DNA of 64,000 nucleotides from the human T2T-CHM13v2.0 reference genome, Homo sapiens, in the NCBI RefSeq assembly GCF_009914755.1, contig NC_060928.1. The stretch is one strand, 5' to 3'. Made by a program: the position numbers and the translations under genes. The notes under the pieces were generated by a model. That model did no database searches, was not told the DNA's origin, and saw nothing but the letters and a program-made list of their open reading frames with translations. Shown here piece by piece: positions 1-14,497 of this stretch. Position 1 is the first letter of the stretch. Every line of letters begins with the position of its first letter.

Positions 1-400
1 TGTGGCACATATGCATCATGGAATACCATGCAGCCATAAAAAAGAATGAGTTCATGTCCTTTGCAGGGACATGGATGAAGCTGAAACCATCATTCTCAGC
101 AAACTAACACAGGAACAGAAAACCAAACACCGCATGTTCTCACTCATAAGTGGGAGTCGAATAATGAAAACACATGGATACAGGGAGGGGAACATCACAC
201 ACCAGGGCCTGTTGTGGGGTGGGAGGCAAGGAAAGGGAGAACATTAGGACAAATACCTAATGCACGCCAGGCTTAAAATCTAGATGATGGGTTGATGGGT
301 GTAGCAAACCACCATGGCACATGTATATCTATGTAACAAACCTGCACATTCTGTACATGTATCCCAGAACTTCAAGTAAAATTTTAAAAAATTCAAAAAA
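1..400 (+). mobile_element. LINE-1 3' end (L1PA-type), cut by the window edge
   Basis: Typical L1 3' sequence (GAATGAGTTCATGTCCTTTGCAGGGACATGGATGAAGCTG...GTAACAAACCTGCACATT) followed by an A-rich tail at ~378-400. Confidence 0.92.
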
Positions 401-587
401 AGTAATAGGAAAAGGGGAAACATCCACGTGAGCAGTCCAGTTTCCCAATCTGGAACTTGGAGCTGTTCACCTGGTGGGTGTTTGTGACTATTCAGACACA
501 GACAACAAAGGCTACTCCAGATTGAAGTGCACTGCTTACTTTCAGTGACCTCATAGAACTACTCAACATTGTTTTTGGTGATTCCTG

Positions 588-1276
<689 letters not shown>

Positions 1277-2272
1277 CTCCACTGGAGATATAAGGGTATT
1301 CTCTAATTCTATGTGGAAAGCAGATTATGTACCAATGCATGTTAAAGCACACAATTATCTGCTGGTTAAAAAAACATACAAGGATCCAATCCCCCCGTTG
1401 GAGACACACAGAGCAACAGTAGGAAGGATACATTTCCAGCAAGCTGTGACTCTTTAAGTAAATACGTAGGAGGAAGCAAGTGCAGATTAAAGTACAGTAA
1501 CTGTGAGGCATATGACTGCAGTCATGTTTATAAGTGACTTATAAAGAGAGATTTCAATGAGTTGTACATATAACCCATACAGCAATGATTATATTAGAAA
1601 AAGGAAATTCATCTCTGACATTAATCATCAGGCTCCAGACACTCAACAGAATCGGCCCACAATATGGTTGTATTATTTTGCAAAGGAAAAAAAAACGATT
1701 ATCTGAAGTCTGATTTGAATCCACACTATATCAAATGAGGAAATATGCTCAAGTCACGACACAGCCAAGATTAATAGGTGTTTCCACCCACTCCTTAAAC
1801 AGTTTTAGGTACAAAAAACAATGTCACTTCTCTTCCTAAGAATATGTTAAGCATAGAAATTTGCAGAAATGCATAAAAAAGCATTCCTTTCCATGCTCTC
1901 ATTTTCTGGTGTTCTGGGTAGCTTTAAAAGTATGAACACTGAAGTACACCAATGCTGTCAGTTATAAAGGATTTGTATTCATTTCTGGGAGCTAAAAACA
2001 GAGATGCTGCTATGGTTTGGAATCATACTGCTCATCTCTTGGGTTTAAAAAAAAAAAAGCTTGCGGCAAGATTATTTTTTAAATCATTCCACATTTATCT
2101 TCATAAAACAATACAAAGTGAATTGCCAAATAAGCATATATGACACTTTAATTTACTCATCTATTAAAACTGTTTCAATTTAAACATCTGAATGAATAAC
2201 AGTCATTCTCCTATTTGCAATATTTTTCAACATGAGGTGTGCTCAGTAACATCAACATACATCAAGTATAAC

Positions 2273-2935
2273 CATTCACTGATTTATTTGTTAACAAATT
2301 CTTATTGAGAACCTACTATGTACTAGGCAGTGTTCTAGCTGCTGGGGATACAGACAGGAATAAATTTAATCAAAGTCCTGGTTCTCATGGAGCCTACTGC
2401 CTATTGTGGGGTAGTGGGGATGGGGGTAGGAGGGATTAAACAAATAAATGTATAATGTGATTTTAGATAGACATAAGTGCCATGAAGAAAAACAAAGCAG
2501 TGCAAGGCTAGAAGATTGGCAGTAGAGTGAGGGGTGGGGCTTTTTTGGATATGGTGGTCACAGAAGACCCTTATAAGGAAGAGACATTTGAAAAGAGACC
2601 AAACTGAAGGAAAGGAGCAAGCCATGTTGAGACCTGGGTAAAAGCTGACCTTCCTTCCAGGCAGGGCAAAGACTAAGTGCAAAGGCCCTAGGCTTTGGTG
2701 GTTTGATAAACAGCAAGAAAGTCTGTATGGCTGGAGCAGAATACTTAAGCTGAGGAGATAAGGTGGAGGAAAAGGGCAGGACTCAGTTATGCGACTGAAG
2801 TCTAATGGACCATTATATAACATAGTTTTGAGCAAGAGTGACATGTCACACTAACTGAGGTTCAAGGGAGCTACTCTGGGAGACACAAGTGGACAGAAGG
2901 TTAGTTAGGAGACTATGTCAATACATAGAGCTTAA
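2273..2935 (-). mobile_element. L2 LINE remnant
   Basis: Reverse complement of the L2 3' end (TTATTGAGAACCTACTATGTACTAGGCAGTGTTCTAG...GGGGATACAG); boundaries approximate. Confidence 0.75.
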
Positions 2936-5900
2936 CCTGATATCCTCAAAATGCTTTCACCCTTTAGGTTTTACAGGGAGGGTGGAAGGTAGGAAACTAC
3001 TTTTTAAATTTCATTATATCTAAACAAATACACGTAAAGTCATGTATACACGCTGTAACACACATTCCTCTCAGTGACTTTGTTAGTCAGAATAACTGAA
3101 GAGTATTGTTTCAGATAATCTCAGTCAAGCAGCCTTAAAATCGTGCACAAAACAAGATGACCATCCTCATCCCTTTTATTATAACTAAATGAAAGTCATG
3201 TAAGACTGAATAGTTCTTTTGTCCTTAAACAGGCTATCCGAAAAACAGAAGCATACTGTCTTTCATTGTCAATTCATGGTTCACAAAGCCTCTGAGGTTG
3301 GCTTTCGTCCTTCAAAAGCTTTTAATGGACAGGTACATTTAAGCCTTATTTTAAGGATTGTGAGAAATGGAATGCACTGGGAGCGGTCCCCATCTCCCTT
3401 TTATGAAAGGAGGAAGATATCAGCAATGCAGAGTGACCTCACCTATAAGGAATGCATCAGTGACATGGAACAAAGGTGGCTTCCTTCGTAAGGAAACCCA
3501 ATCTGTTTCAGAAAACTGCTTCATTACTTTTGACTGATTTAGGGCTGCGCAGCCTACTAGAAACAATTCCATTCTTTAACCTCTATTTTATTAACAAAAC
3601 TGTGATATCATTCTTCCTTCAAACATTAAAGAAAAGCCTTGCATATTCATCAATCAAAACTATATTTTATTCAGATCACCTTTGATCATACATGTGTTTG
3701 TGCCAACTAAGTGTATTTTTCAGTTGAAGCCTATAAAAGATAGGTGGTGTGCCTACAAGAGCGAGGACTCTGGTATGTTCCGCAGCGACTCAAGAACCAC
3801 GTGAGATGTGCTAGGTAAAGGCAATTCACTCTTGTTTCAGGTTGCACTTAAGAGGGCCTGCGTTTTCACATTTTATAGCATGTTGAGTTTTCCAGCTTAT
3901 GAATTCTATCACAGCTTACTTTTTCAAACAGTGGTATCAATGCAAAACAAGTTCTTTGAGAACAGAATGAATTCATTCATGGCTAACCCAGATGCAACAA
4001 ACAGGACACAGAGTTGCTAAAATATTACTTCTCTCTTTCAAGATTATAAAATATCTTGTCACATATTTTTCCCCAAGGTAATGTGTCAAAAATTTACTTT
4101 CTGGAGTCAGATATACAATATTCCATAGGATCAGCTTTTAAAATGTTTTCATGACCATTGAAAAGGGCTATGAAAATTGCTACTATTCTCATTCTAAAGC
4201 TACTGATAGATAAGATAGTTGTAATCTAATTACTCCCTACCATCTGGCACCTGGGTGCCAATAATTAGCAACTCTGCCTGATTGCCAGATAATAGTCAAC
4301 TGACCAGGAAAGTTGGTTTTAAGTATCAAACTGTGAATCAATTTTTGCCTCAATCTATCTTTAACCAACCTATTCTATTTTTTTGGCTTAATATCCCAGT
4401 ATGTCTAGTAATGCTGCCAAGAAACGATGACCTTCAGTTCAGGGACAGAGAATAAATACGTGCTGATGGACTGACGTATTCATAAGCAAAACACAGGCTC
4501 TTTTTTCATACATTCTAAATTTCAACATATATCACTGAACATAAGGCATGTTAAATAAATCCTAAACTGGCAACAACCCACAGTAACAGGCAGGATGGGT
4601 GGATTATAGCAAAGGGGAAGTTAAACAAAAATATGACTCTAGCTAGTTGTTAATGATAAACACCCTCTGCCCAAATACTGACCTGATACCATGAAACTGG
4701 ATGGAGAAAAAAGCCCTAGGGGTGGGAGGTGGGGGTGACTGAGAAATTTACATATCAGGTTAATGTGAAAAATAAACTTGCCTCTCAAGGAAAAGTTTGG
4801 ATCGCAAAGAAGAAACTTAAATAAACCTAGTAACACATGAGAATTTACATAATAAATATTCACATAGAATTCCCACTTCTTACACACAAAGCTCTTCATT
4901 CATAGCATACCTAGAAACCACAGCGTGGCACATTTCTAAAGTTACCAAGCCTTCCTAGCATGTTGCTTCTCAAAATCTGCCATTCTTCTTAATCCATAAG
5001 GAAATGTTAGGTAGACCTAGTGTTACTTATTTGTAAGTATCAGATAGCTTAGTCTCCTGAGAGAAGTAATAACTCAAGGTATTTCCATGTATATAGTTAA
5101 ATTGTTGATACATTAACAATCACAGAGAATCCAGCCTTGCAGCTTTCTGAGCTAGAGAGCCCATGGGCTTTTGTCATGTTTCATATCACAGCTGGCTGGC
5201 TTATGATTTGAGACTTGGAAAGGATCCCTTGGGACTAATTTATTCTAACTGCCCTTTTCTTCCCTCTTTCCGCTCCATTCTCAATAATTTTAATTTAATT
5301 TTGAATGTGCATGTTGCCTCTCATAGGATTCAAAATGTAGAGGTGCTATTGCTAACCACATTACCTGTGCTTCCTACCATCCACAGGATTACCCACCTCT
5401 GGAATTACTTAGTATACAGATGATCTGCATCAAAAGAAGCCATTATACATGTAACATTTTGCATTCTAAAAGATTTGCAAGCAGAGAAATTATAAGGTGT
5501 TTGGTAAAGATCAACATGACAGTTGGACAGCCAATTCCTATTAGATCAATTTCATTTTCCTCTATGTCAGAATGATGTGCCTGGGGGATAGGAGATAACA
5601 TATCACATATTTTAACTTTTATAAGGCTTTTGACTCAACTCAGCAGAACATTCTTTCTAATAAACTAGGAAAACATGATTTCTAGACCACCATGGTGGGT
5701 GCAACCAAAATGTTTCAAGGGCCATTCTCAAGAGAATTGTTATTCAATATCCAATTACAGTCAAGTTTCATAAGGGTTTACCTAGCCTTTGAGTACTACT
5801 GTCATTGCTGACTTAAATAGTGGGAAGATGAATGTGAATAAGCTTACCAAAATATACATGTGGTTAGACACTCAAACTTACAAGGATGTGAATGTGTTCC

Positions 5901-6549
5901 AATGGACCTTGGAATTCTGGAATGTGAGTAGTCATCTATCAGTTCCATCAAGAAGTATTTACTGAACTGACCACCTACTACTTTTTCCACAGTCATGAGC
6001 AGAAAAGAGGTATAAAATTCAAAAGAGCTCCTGATCTCAAGTTCCTTATAACTTGGTACAGGAGACAACACTAAAGCACAATTAATTAGAGAACAATACC
6101 AAATGGGGCCAGAGAATATTCAAAATAAATGTAATAAACAAGGTATATATGTGTTTAAGATCAGGTATCCATATGATCACAAATATGTATTAAAGCAATT
6201 GCATTTTGGATTGGCATTTTTCAATTCCTGTTGATAGTGGCCAATTGCTGACACTATCGTAAAGATTACAGAAACAAGTTTAATCCGGAGGGTAGTAAAA
6301 ACTAACCACTCGAGAGATGGGGGAAACTGAATTTATCTAAGGAAAAGAGAAAATCTGAGATCTAGGCAAAGCATGAACCAGCAACGTAGTGAGTTATTTT
6401 TAAAGGTACATAACATGAGGATGTAAAAACAAGGAGCAGGAGGGTCCCATGACAGCCCTTCCACAACTTGAAGCCCCATTCAGAACTTTATCACCACACT
6501 AAGAGCTCTTCTGGACCTGAACCCAAGCACAGCAAGCAGGGGTTGGATA

Positions 6550-6890
6550 GCGTCCAAAGGAGAGTGACTAAAATGATTAAAATGTTAGGAAATGGGTCCT
6601 ATGAGGACATGTAAACGAAACTCAGTTATTCAGTCCAGATAAAAAGAGAGGAGGTCAGGGCTGCACCACAGCCTGCAAGGTCAGGAAGAAGAGGTACAGG
6701 GGAGCACCTCTTTTCCATTAAGGATGGGATGAAAGGAATGAGAGTACATTGCAAGGACAGGAATTTATGTTTAACAGAAAAAAGAACCTCCTCTGGCTAG
6801 GAAGATGGTAAGGCACTGGAATAAGTTTGTATCAACAAGCTTTTGAAATGTCCTTTAGAAGAGACTTTCTAAAAACCCAGTAGATGACCA
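6550..6890 (+). mobile_element. CR1/L3 LINE remnant
   Basis: Translation from 6552 gives VQRRVTKMIKMLGNGSYED, resembling the CR1 ORF2 C-terminal motif VQRRATKMIxGLxxxSYEE; downstream AAGGCACTGGAATAAG also fits. Confidence 0.65.
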
Positions 6891-6931
6891 TTTTCAAAAA
6901 ATGTTCACCCAGTGTCGTTTCTTACCCAAAA

Positions 6932-6987
6932 CAGTACATGAATATTTTAGCTACAAAATCAGTACGTGAATATTTTAACTATAAATA
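6932..6987. repeat. 28-bp tandem duplication, two diverged copies
   Basis: CAGTACATGAATATTTTAGCTACAAAAT followed by CAGTACGTGAATATTTTAACTATAAATA. Confidence 0.85.
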
Positions 6988-7325
6988 GAAACTCCATTAA
7001 AAAATATATAAATTTATTGAAATTTGAAGCATAGCAAGGCTCTTCACTGTTGCAGCATTTGCAAAATGCATCAGTAAAGTACATAAATGCATTTGTTTAT
7101 ATCTGTTTATATATGTCACAATTTTTTTAAAAGGGAAATCAGCTGCTCTAGATATGAGCTATTAAAAAATAACCAAAACATGGAAAAACTGACCAGTAAT
7201 AACTACTTAAGCCACATAATCTTAATGGTATGGAAGTGAGGGGAAGGGTGGGCAAGGTTGGGGAAGGGTAAGCAAAAATCAGTCACAAAGGAATAAAACA
7301 CTACACACATGTGCATATGCATGGA

Positions 7326-7343
7326 TACATACACACATACATA

Positions 7344-7392
<49 letters not shown>
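7326..7392. repeat. (CA)n microsatellite
   Basis: Uninterrupted CA run at ~7351-7392 with an interrupted lead-in. Confidence 0.97.
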
Positions 7393-7397
<5 letters not shown>

Positions 7398-7497
7398 CCA
7401 GATAGATCAACTGACCCACCCATCCATCCATCTATCCAACAGTGCATTAAAACATCCATGTTTTAACAATGGGCATAATAATCTTTCCTAACATTAC

Positions 7498-7797
7498 TTT
7501 TTTTTTTTCTTTTTGAGTCAAGAGTCTCGTTCTGTTGCCCAGGCTAGAGTGCAGTGGCGTGATCATGGCTCACTGCAGCCTCGACCTCCTGGATTCAAGC
7601 GTTCCTCCCCCCTCAGCTTCTGAAGTTGCTGAGAGAGCAGGCACGAGCCACCATGCCAAGCTAATTTTTTTGTTTTTGGTAAAGATGAGGTTTTGCTATG
7701 TTGCCCAGGCTGGTCTCAAATTCCTGGGCTCAAGCAATCCTTCCGCCTGAGCCATCCAAAGTTCTGAGACTATAGGCGTGAGCCACCATGCCTGGGC
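7498..7797 (-). mobile_element. Alu (AluJ-like)
   Basis: Poly-T then reverse Alu with CACTGCAGCCTCGACCTCC and CTCAAGCAATCC. Confidence 0.92.
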
Positions 7798-7948
7798 TCC
7801 TTAAATTTTAAAAATTAGGACTGCACTACAAAGCACATCTAGTTTCCCTTACGGAAAGTCTTAGGAGTCTAAGTCTTTAGTAATATGCTAAAGAAATAAC
7901 TAAATTGAATTTTTTTAAAATTACTTGAGCTATTATTTTCCCCAATCA

Positions 7949-8073
7949 CAGGGAAGGAGGCAGAGAAGGAAGAAAGGGAGGGAGGCAGGGAGGGAGAGAG
8001 AAAGGGAGAAGGGAGGAAGAAAGGGAGGAAGGGAAGGAGGAAGGAAGGGAGGGAGAAATAGAGGGAGGGAGGG
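7949..8073. repeat. Polypurine (GGAA/GGGA) low-complexity tract
   Basis: About 120 nt that are almost entirely G and A on the plus strand. Confidence 0.9.
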
Positions 8074-8314
8074 AGTATAGATAATGTTGCTCTCCATTTC
8101 CTTTTACAGATGAGGCCCAGAGAAGCTGACTGACTCAACCAGTGTCACACTATAGTCGTAAAACCAGAACTATCTTATGTAGTCACTAATTTATGAACAG
8201 CTTGGGTATCTGAAGTTTAAGCCAGCTGTTTAAAACAGAACGAAATGTTCTATGGTATTAACATATAAGTGTTAATTAATTAAATTACCAGACTACATAC
8301 ACACCAATAGTCTG

Positions 8315-8632
8315 TTTTGTTTGTTTCTTTCCTTCTTTCTTTTAGAGACAAGGTCTCATTCTGTCACCCAGGCTGGAGTGCAGTGACAAGATCACAGCTC
8401 ACTGCAGCCTCAAACTCCTGGGCTCAAGCGATCCTCCAGCCTCAGCCTCCTGAGGAGCTCGGACTACAGGTGCATGCCACCATGCCCAGCTAATTTAAAA
8501 AAAAAATTTAGAAGGGGGATGGGGATCCGACTATGTTGCTCAGGCTGGTCTCAAACTCCTGGCCACAACTGATCCTCCCACCTTGGCCTCCCAAAGCACT
8601 GGGATTACAGATGTGAGCCAATCCACTTGCCC
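8315..8632 (-). mobile_element. Alu (AluJ-like)
   Basis: Reverse Alu dimer with a T-rich tail. Confidence 0.9.
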
Positions 8633-8704
8633 CAGAGTTTATTTTACAATATAACTGTGATATGGTATTAAAAGTTCTAATTTCTAGAAAGAGGGAAAAC
8701 TGAA

Positions 8705-8850
8705 GATACTAATGTTTACTGAGCATGTACTAGGTCTTGGGCATTTGAGATTCCTTATCTCATGTAATCCTCACAAACTTGGAAAGCAGCTCTTCATCAT
8801 TCTACAAATGAAGAAATTAGGTAAGGAAGTAACTTGCCCAAGAGCCACAC
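8705..8850 (-). mobile_element. MIR SINE
   Basis: MIR core in reverse (AATCCTCACAA...CATTCTACAAATGAAGAAA...AAGTAACTTGCCCAAG). Confidence 0.75.
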
Positions 8851-9090
8851 AGATAACAAGGAACAGAGGAAGTTCTGCCTGATAATAAATCTCCTGCTTT
8901 TCCTATTACCAGACACTTTCTGTCCAGCAGGAATCACAGAGCACACAAAAAAGGAACATTCAGAGGAAGAAATTAATTCCTCTGCATTTCCCCTGAACAC
9001 TTTTGAAAAGTTCTGTACTCTCTGGCATCTCCCCTATGCTTAATGAATCCTGTTTTCTATATCCTGTGCTCATTCACACTGCTCTCAGCT

Positions 9091-9221
9091 AGGGTAAACT
9101 TATGGCCCTGTTCGCCTCAGACAGTCCTGACTTACTCCTGTTGACTCTGCAAAATTATCAACAACATCCTTTTCACTCTCAAAAATGTCCCAGGGTAGAG
9201 GATAAACGACATGGTCGCTCT
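9091..9221. mobile_element. hAT-Blackjack MITE (MER94-like)
   Basis: About 130 bp with degenerate termini AGGGTAAAC...GGTCGCTCT and internal TTTCACTCTCAAAAATGTCCC. Confidence 0.65.
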
Positions 9222-11461
9222 GTCTAAACCCCTCACTACAGCTTCCCCCATCCAGGCTTGCCTGACCTCAAAGCAGCTCAGTTACCTGCCTCCCCGCTCT
9301 TTCAGCATAATAAATGCCCTGTCCATCAAAGTAGGGGTTCTCACATCAGTAAAAACTGAGAAAAGAAATATGGTTAGGTAATTCTAAATATGGTTCTAAA
9401 GTGCAGGACATTTTAATATGCAGACAATCTCTAATTGTTGGAATTTCAAGCAGTGTAACAACTTTAGATGAAGATAATAATCTGGCAGAACAGAGGTGGA
9501 TAATTCTAGCAGATGAGATCTAGCAAGCAAACCAGCCCTATTTAGAGCTTAATCCAAAGTCAGGCTCCCTAAACTGTCCTTGCTTTTCTGCTCTACCTCA
9601 CTTCTAAATCTAACAGTTCATCTGAAGGCTCCTGTGGCAGGCACAGTGTGGGCTTCTAAGGGAACATTAAAGGCAGATTACTGGTGTCAATGGGCAAATG
9701 TGAGAGCCACATGTCACCTCAATGCACCAAGATCATATCCAGGTGCCAATCTGAGTTTGTCCTAAATGTTTGATATCAAAGTTGGCTTTTGCTACGGTAA
9801 TTACTTTTTAAATTTCAGGGCTACAAAAGAACTCAGATATCAGAAAAGCCTCATTTTATAAAAGAGAAAACTATGTCCTACAGAAGAGAAAACACTGGCC
9901 TCAAATCACATAGCCAGGACTAGAAAGCAGGTCTCCTCATTCTTTCCACCATATAGGTGATTCTCAGCTTCCACACATCATATATTTTCATGCTTCATAT
10001 ATGGAGACCCAGTACTTTTCTGCTGCCAGATTTGAACTTTCTTGGAACAGCTGCTATGTAAACATTTCAAGCTGTCACACTTTGGGGCCTTTAACCAACA
10101 CTTCAGCTTCAGCAACATCACAGGCTTTGTACAACAGTGTTAACACTTCCAGTGTCTTCTTAATATTTCAGACTTGTTTTACAAAAATGAGTAGAAAAAA
10201 GAAAAATAAAAGTGCTACTATAGTACAGTTAAGACAGGAATGAAAATAATACGATCTACCAAAGATGGCAAAAATATTTAGCCTCAGACTTCAACTGTGG
10301 CAGAAAAAAAGCATATGAAATGCTGAAAAATAATCATCACTGTGCATAAAACACAAGTTCAATAATGGGGAAAAAACTGTTCAAAGATTTTGAAAAAAAC
10401 TGAAATAATAGAGATTAGTAAACTAAATGTCACTCTGGATAAGGTGGGCAAATGAAAACTTAAGGTCTGAAATCTAGTTTTATTATATAATGTTTATTCT
10501 ATGTGTTTGTTTTTAAAAACTTTTAAAGTTTTTTAAGGATATTTAAAAACTAAGCAGTTATATAATTAGGAATGTAAGAATATTTTTTAGCTCTACAAGA
10601 ATTGAATCTCCTTATAACATATCTAATGTTCAGCTTTTCAACATTACTGCTCACATTTCCAGGAACTTTATACAAATGCTAGGGATATTTGTATCCCACA
10701 CTGACACTCTTACTTACATTGCTACGGTATTATTTTGGGGTACTTCACATAAATTAAAACTAGATATGAAGCATCCTATAGCTAACTTTAGCTTTCTTTC
10801 TGTATAAATGTTGATTGCCTAGGACCACTCATTACATATTAAAATAATGAAAATTCACTCCTGTTCATTCATTCCTGAATTGATAAGCAGTTTTTTCTGG
10901 CAAAAAATAATAATAATAATAATTTCCTTAATCCTTAAGGAATTTATTTCCTTAGGCTAACAGAAAAATGCTCAACATTGACAGCCCTTGCCTTTCTGCA
11001 CTACGTAACTTAAAAATTCATTTGCACATCCTCCTACTGCTCACTTTTTTCATGTTTCACAACGCAAATAATCTACTATTTAACTGCTCTGTCAGCCATC
11101 TGAAATGGCACCTCCATTCCCTTCCCAGCTACCCCGAAAGAGCCCACTCACACATCTATCTTTAAAATGGCTGTGTTTACAGCCACCCATATGTCACCAT
11201 TCATGAAGCAACTGCTACCATCCTCTTGACTAGGCATTGGCAGACATATACGCGACAAAAGGATTGCAGAGCCACGAAAAAGGGTGCCTGGGGCTCTGAA
11301 TTTTTCTTTTTAAGGTTACTACCTTCAGAAAAAACTAAAAATCAAAATTTGTAAGAGAGCAGAAGATACATGTACTCTTTATAATAAAAGCTTTGGGAGG
11401 GTGAGGGAGTTGAAGTTTCTAAATGAGGGAGCCTTACCAGCAAGGCAGCCTCCAAGCATAA

Positions 11462-11612
11462 TATTTCTATCATATGTACACCTCACTATACTATGTTGCT
11501 ATGTAAATGAGGCTTGCCTGCTATCTGAGTTCCTCACTATCCATACTATGTCGCTATGTGTAGTATTTCTATCACAAGTACATCTCACTATAATATTTGT
11601 GCTAGGTTGCTA
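11462..11612. repeat. Degenerate ~51-bp tandem repeat, about three copies
   Basis: CTCACTAT followed by CTA(T/G)GT(T/C)GCTA recurs three times; 11462-11490 and 11564-11592 are close copies. Confidence 0.7.
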
Positions 11613-13636
11613 CAGTATTGTGGATCCTTAGGAAGAATCCTGCCACAGCATGAATTACAAAGTCATTTGCCTTTTGACCTTAAAATTTTAAAGTCTTTTT
11701 ACATATTGTCTTGGGTTTGCTTAAACTACATTAAGCAATATACTAGAGAGGGGATAGATTAATAAATGGAGTGAGCGTCTGACCAGAGTGGAAAAAAGCA
11801 GGCATTCTTCCCAATAGAGTGAGTTAAGGAATGGAGGTGTGCAAAGGAGAGCTGGGGGCTCGTGGAATGCTGAGAAAAGACCACAGGCAACAGCAAAATA
11901 GTCAGGGGCTTGAACTGACATACTGCCCCTACTCACATGCCTTTTTTGAGCCTCTGATTTTATTCTTTTGCTTTTCTGAGACCAGAGACTTAATTATGGG
12001 GCAAAACAAAAACAAAGCATTTTGAGAAGACAACCCAGAGAAGCAGTTTTAGGAAGGCAATGGAGAAGGACTGCTTTCCTGCTCCCCCTGTCTGTTCTAC
12101 CGGCTCCCCACTGCGCCTCTTTTAGCCACTTGGAAAGAACAGACCACAGTTGCAGGCCAGGGCAGTGCAAGGTGCTGCAAGGCAGAGAAGTTAACACTCA
12201 ACACAGGTTCTATAGCAGCTGATGCAAAAGCCAGGGATGAAGTGCTAAAGCCAGAGAGCCAGGGCAGAGGTGGAACTTTTCAAAGAAACTCAAGAACAAG
12301 ACGGACCTCCAGCTAAAGCAAAACTAGATTTTATCTCTTTCCTCCCTTTCCCTCGGATTTTCCTTTTCCCTGCCCAGCCAGCAGTAACAGAATAATTTCT
12401 CTCCTTCAGTCACGCAAAAGAGAAATATAAATAAATAAATAAGGACTGGAGCAATAGTGATAATAAATGAAGGAAACTGGGACGGGTGGGGGATCAGGGT
12501 TGCCAAAGAGATCTGCATCAGGCTACTTTTCACACACAGGAAACCAACATAACTGAGTTCATGTCTGTATTTTATGTAGCTCTACAGCCAAACACTACAT
12601 CCACTTTATAATCTTTTCGGTATCTTTTCAGTAACTTTGGTTCTCATCATCCCAAATAGAAATGAAATTAAATATACAGCTAAGGATCCCTAGAGAGGTT
12701 GGTACTCCACTCACTTATTCACTCATTTATTCAACAAACCTCTTGTGAGTGTGTACTCTGTGCCAGACACTACAAAGGGCTCTGAAAAGTCAAAGATGGA
12801 CCAAACTCAGCCCCCTCACCAGCCCCATTCCCACAACCACTCTGCATGGAGCTTAGGTCCCTATGGCTCCGCATCTTTGAGCTGAAGAAATGAAGCCCAG
12901 AGAAACCCCACAGCCAGCCCATGGCAGTGTTGGAACCAGAGGCCACAACTTCTGACCTCCAAACCACACTCTTCCCCATACATCAAGCTAAGGAGAGTCT
13001 GCTTTCCTGGTCCACTGTCATTGTAAAGGAGCTTTATTTGTCCTCTTTTTGTCAAAACAAAATAGGAAGCAAGGACAGTGAGGAAAGAATAACCTCTGCC
13101 AGCTGCAACTGAGAAAAGATTCCCCTGCTAAAAGCAACATGAGGTCCCAGGGAAAATGTTTGTCACTTAAGTCAACTGCAGGTAAGGGAAGGAAGCATTT
13201 GGGATCAGAAATTGGACAAGTTATTTAAAGTCTTTCAGCCACCCCTCCTACATCCATGAAATAAGAATAATAATGTATAGTGAGCCGTAAACACTCCAAC
13301 TGCACTCCAACCTGGGCAGAAGTGAGACCATCTCAAAAAAAAAAAAAAGAATGCATAATAGCTTCTTATAGATCAATGTGAGTAGATACGGAAGCTATCC
13401 AAGTTTTATCATTAAATTAAAAACCACAAGTTGCAGAACTGCATATACAATGTGATTCCATTTCTATTCAATTTTTTGTCTGAAAGAAAACACAAAAAAA
13501 CCTTGTGACAGTGGTTACCCCTAGAGATTAGGAACAAAGGAGTAGAGATATTGGAAGCCTTGATTTTCTCCTTTACATCATCTTCTACTATTACATTTCT
13601 TACCATAAGCATGTATTATTTTTAATTCTTAAAACA

Positions 13637-13765
13637 AAGAAAAATACTATGAGTATTTTTCTTACACTGAGTATTTTTTAAACAGAAAGAAAAATGCTAT
13701 GAGAAAAATACTATGAAGAAAAATTCTATGAGTAAAAATACTATGAGAAAAATACTATGAAAAAT
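13637..13765. repeat. 12-bp-stem hairpin followed by an array of 14-15-bp GAAAAATACTATGA units
   Basis: AAGAAAAATACT-ATG-AGTATTTTTCTT at 13637-13663; about five further units at 13689-13765. Confidence 0.85.
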
Positions 13766-14098
13766 TAAATGAATGGTACACATAATTAGTACACTTTTCT
13801 ATGTGTATATTATACATCAATAAAGAGTTTTTTCAAAAACTGGAGTAGGTCTATGTGCTTAAACATGAAGAGATTTCATAGATATAGTAAATGAATTAGC
13901 AAATCATTGAATCTCCAGAGCATGAAATTCTAGTTCTGCAAAAAATCAAGAAACTATATGCATACACATATAAATGTATATGAAAAGATCTGCAAGTATA
14001 TACACACTTAATAACATATTCTTCTATATGGTTGAATTTTTTTTTACAACCAGAATGCTTTTACATACATTTTGAAATCTACATTCTTTCTCATTTTA

Positions 14099-14497
<399 letters not shown>

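Noticed and set aside
3760-3805. Small CpG cluster with a CACGTG E-box (3798-3803)
   Set aside because: Only about four CpGs and one 6-mer, which cannot be distinguished from chance without chromatin data.
11462-13765. Short repeat arrays as CRISPR-like structures
   Set aside because: There are no conserved repeats separated by unique constant-length spacers and no cas genes, and the context is mammalian.
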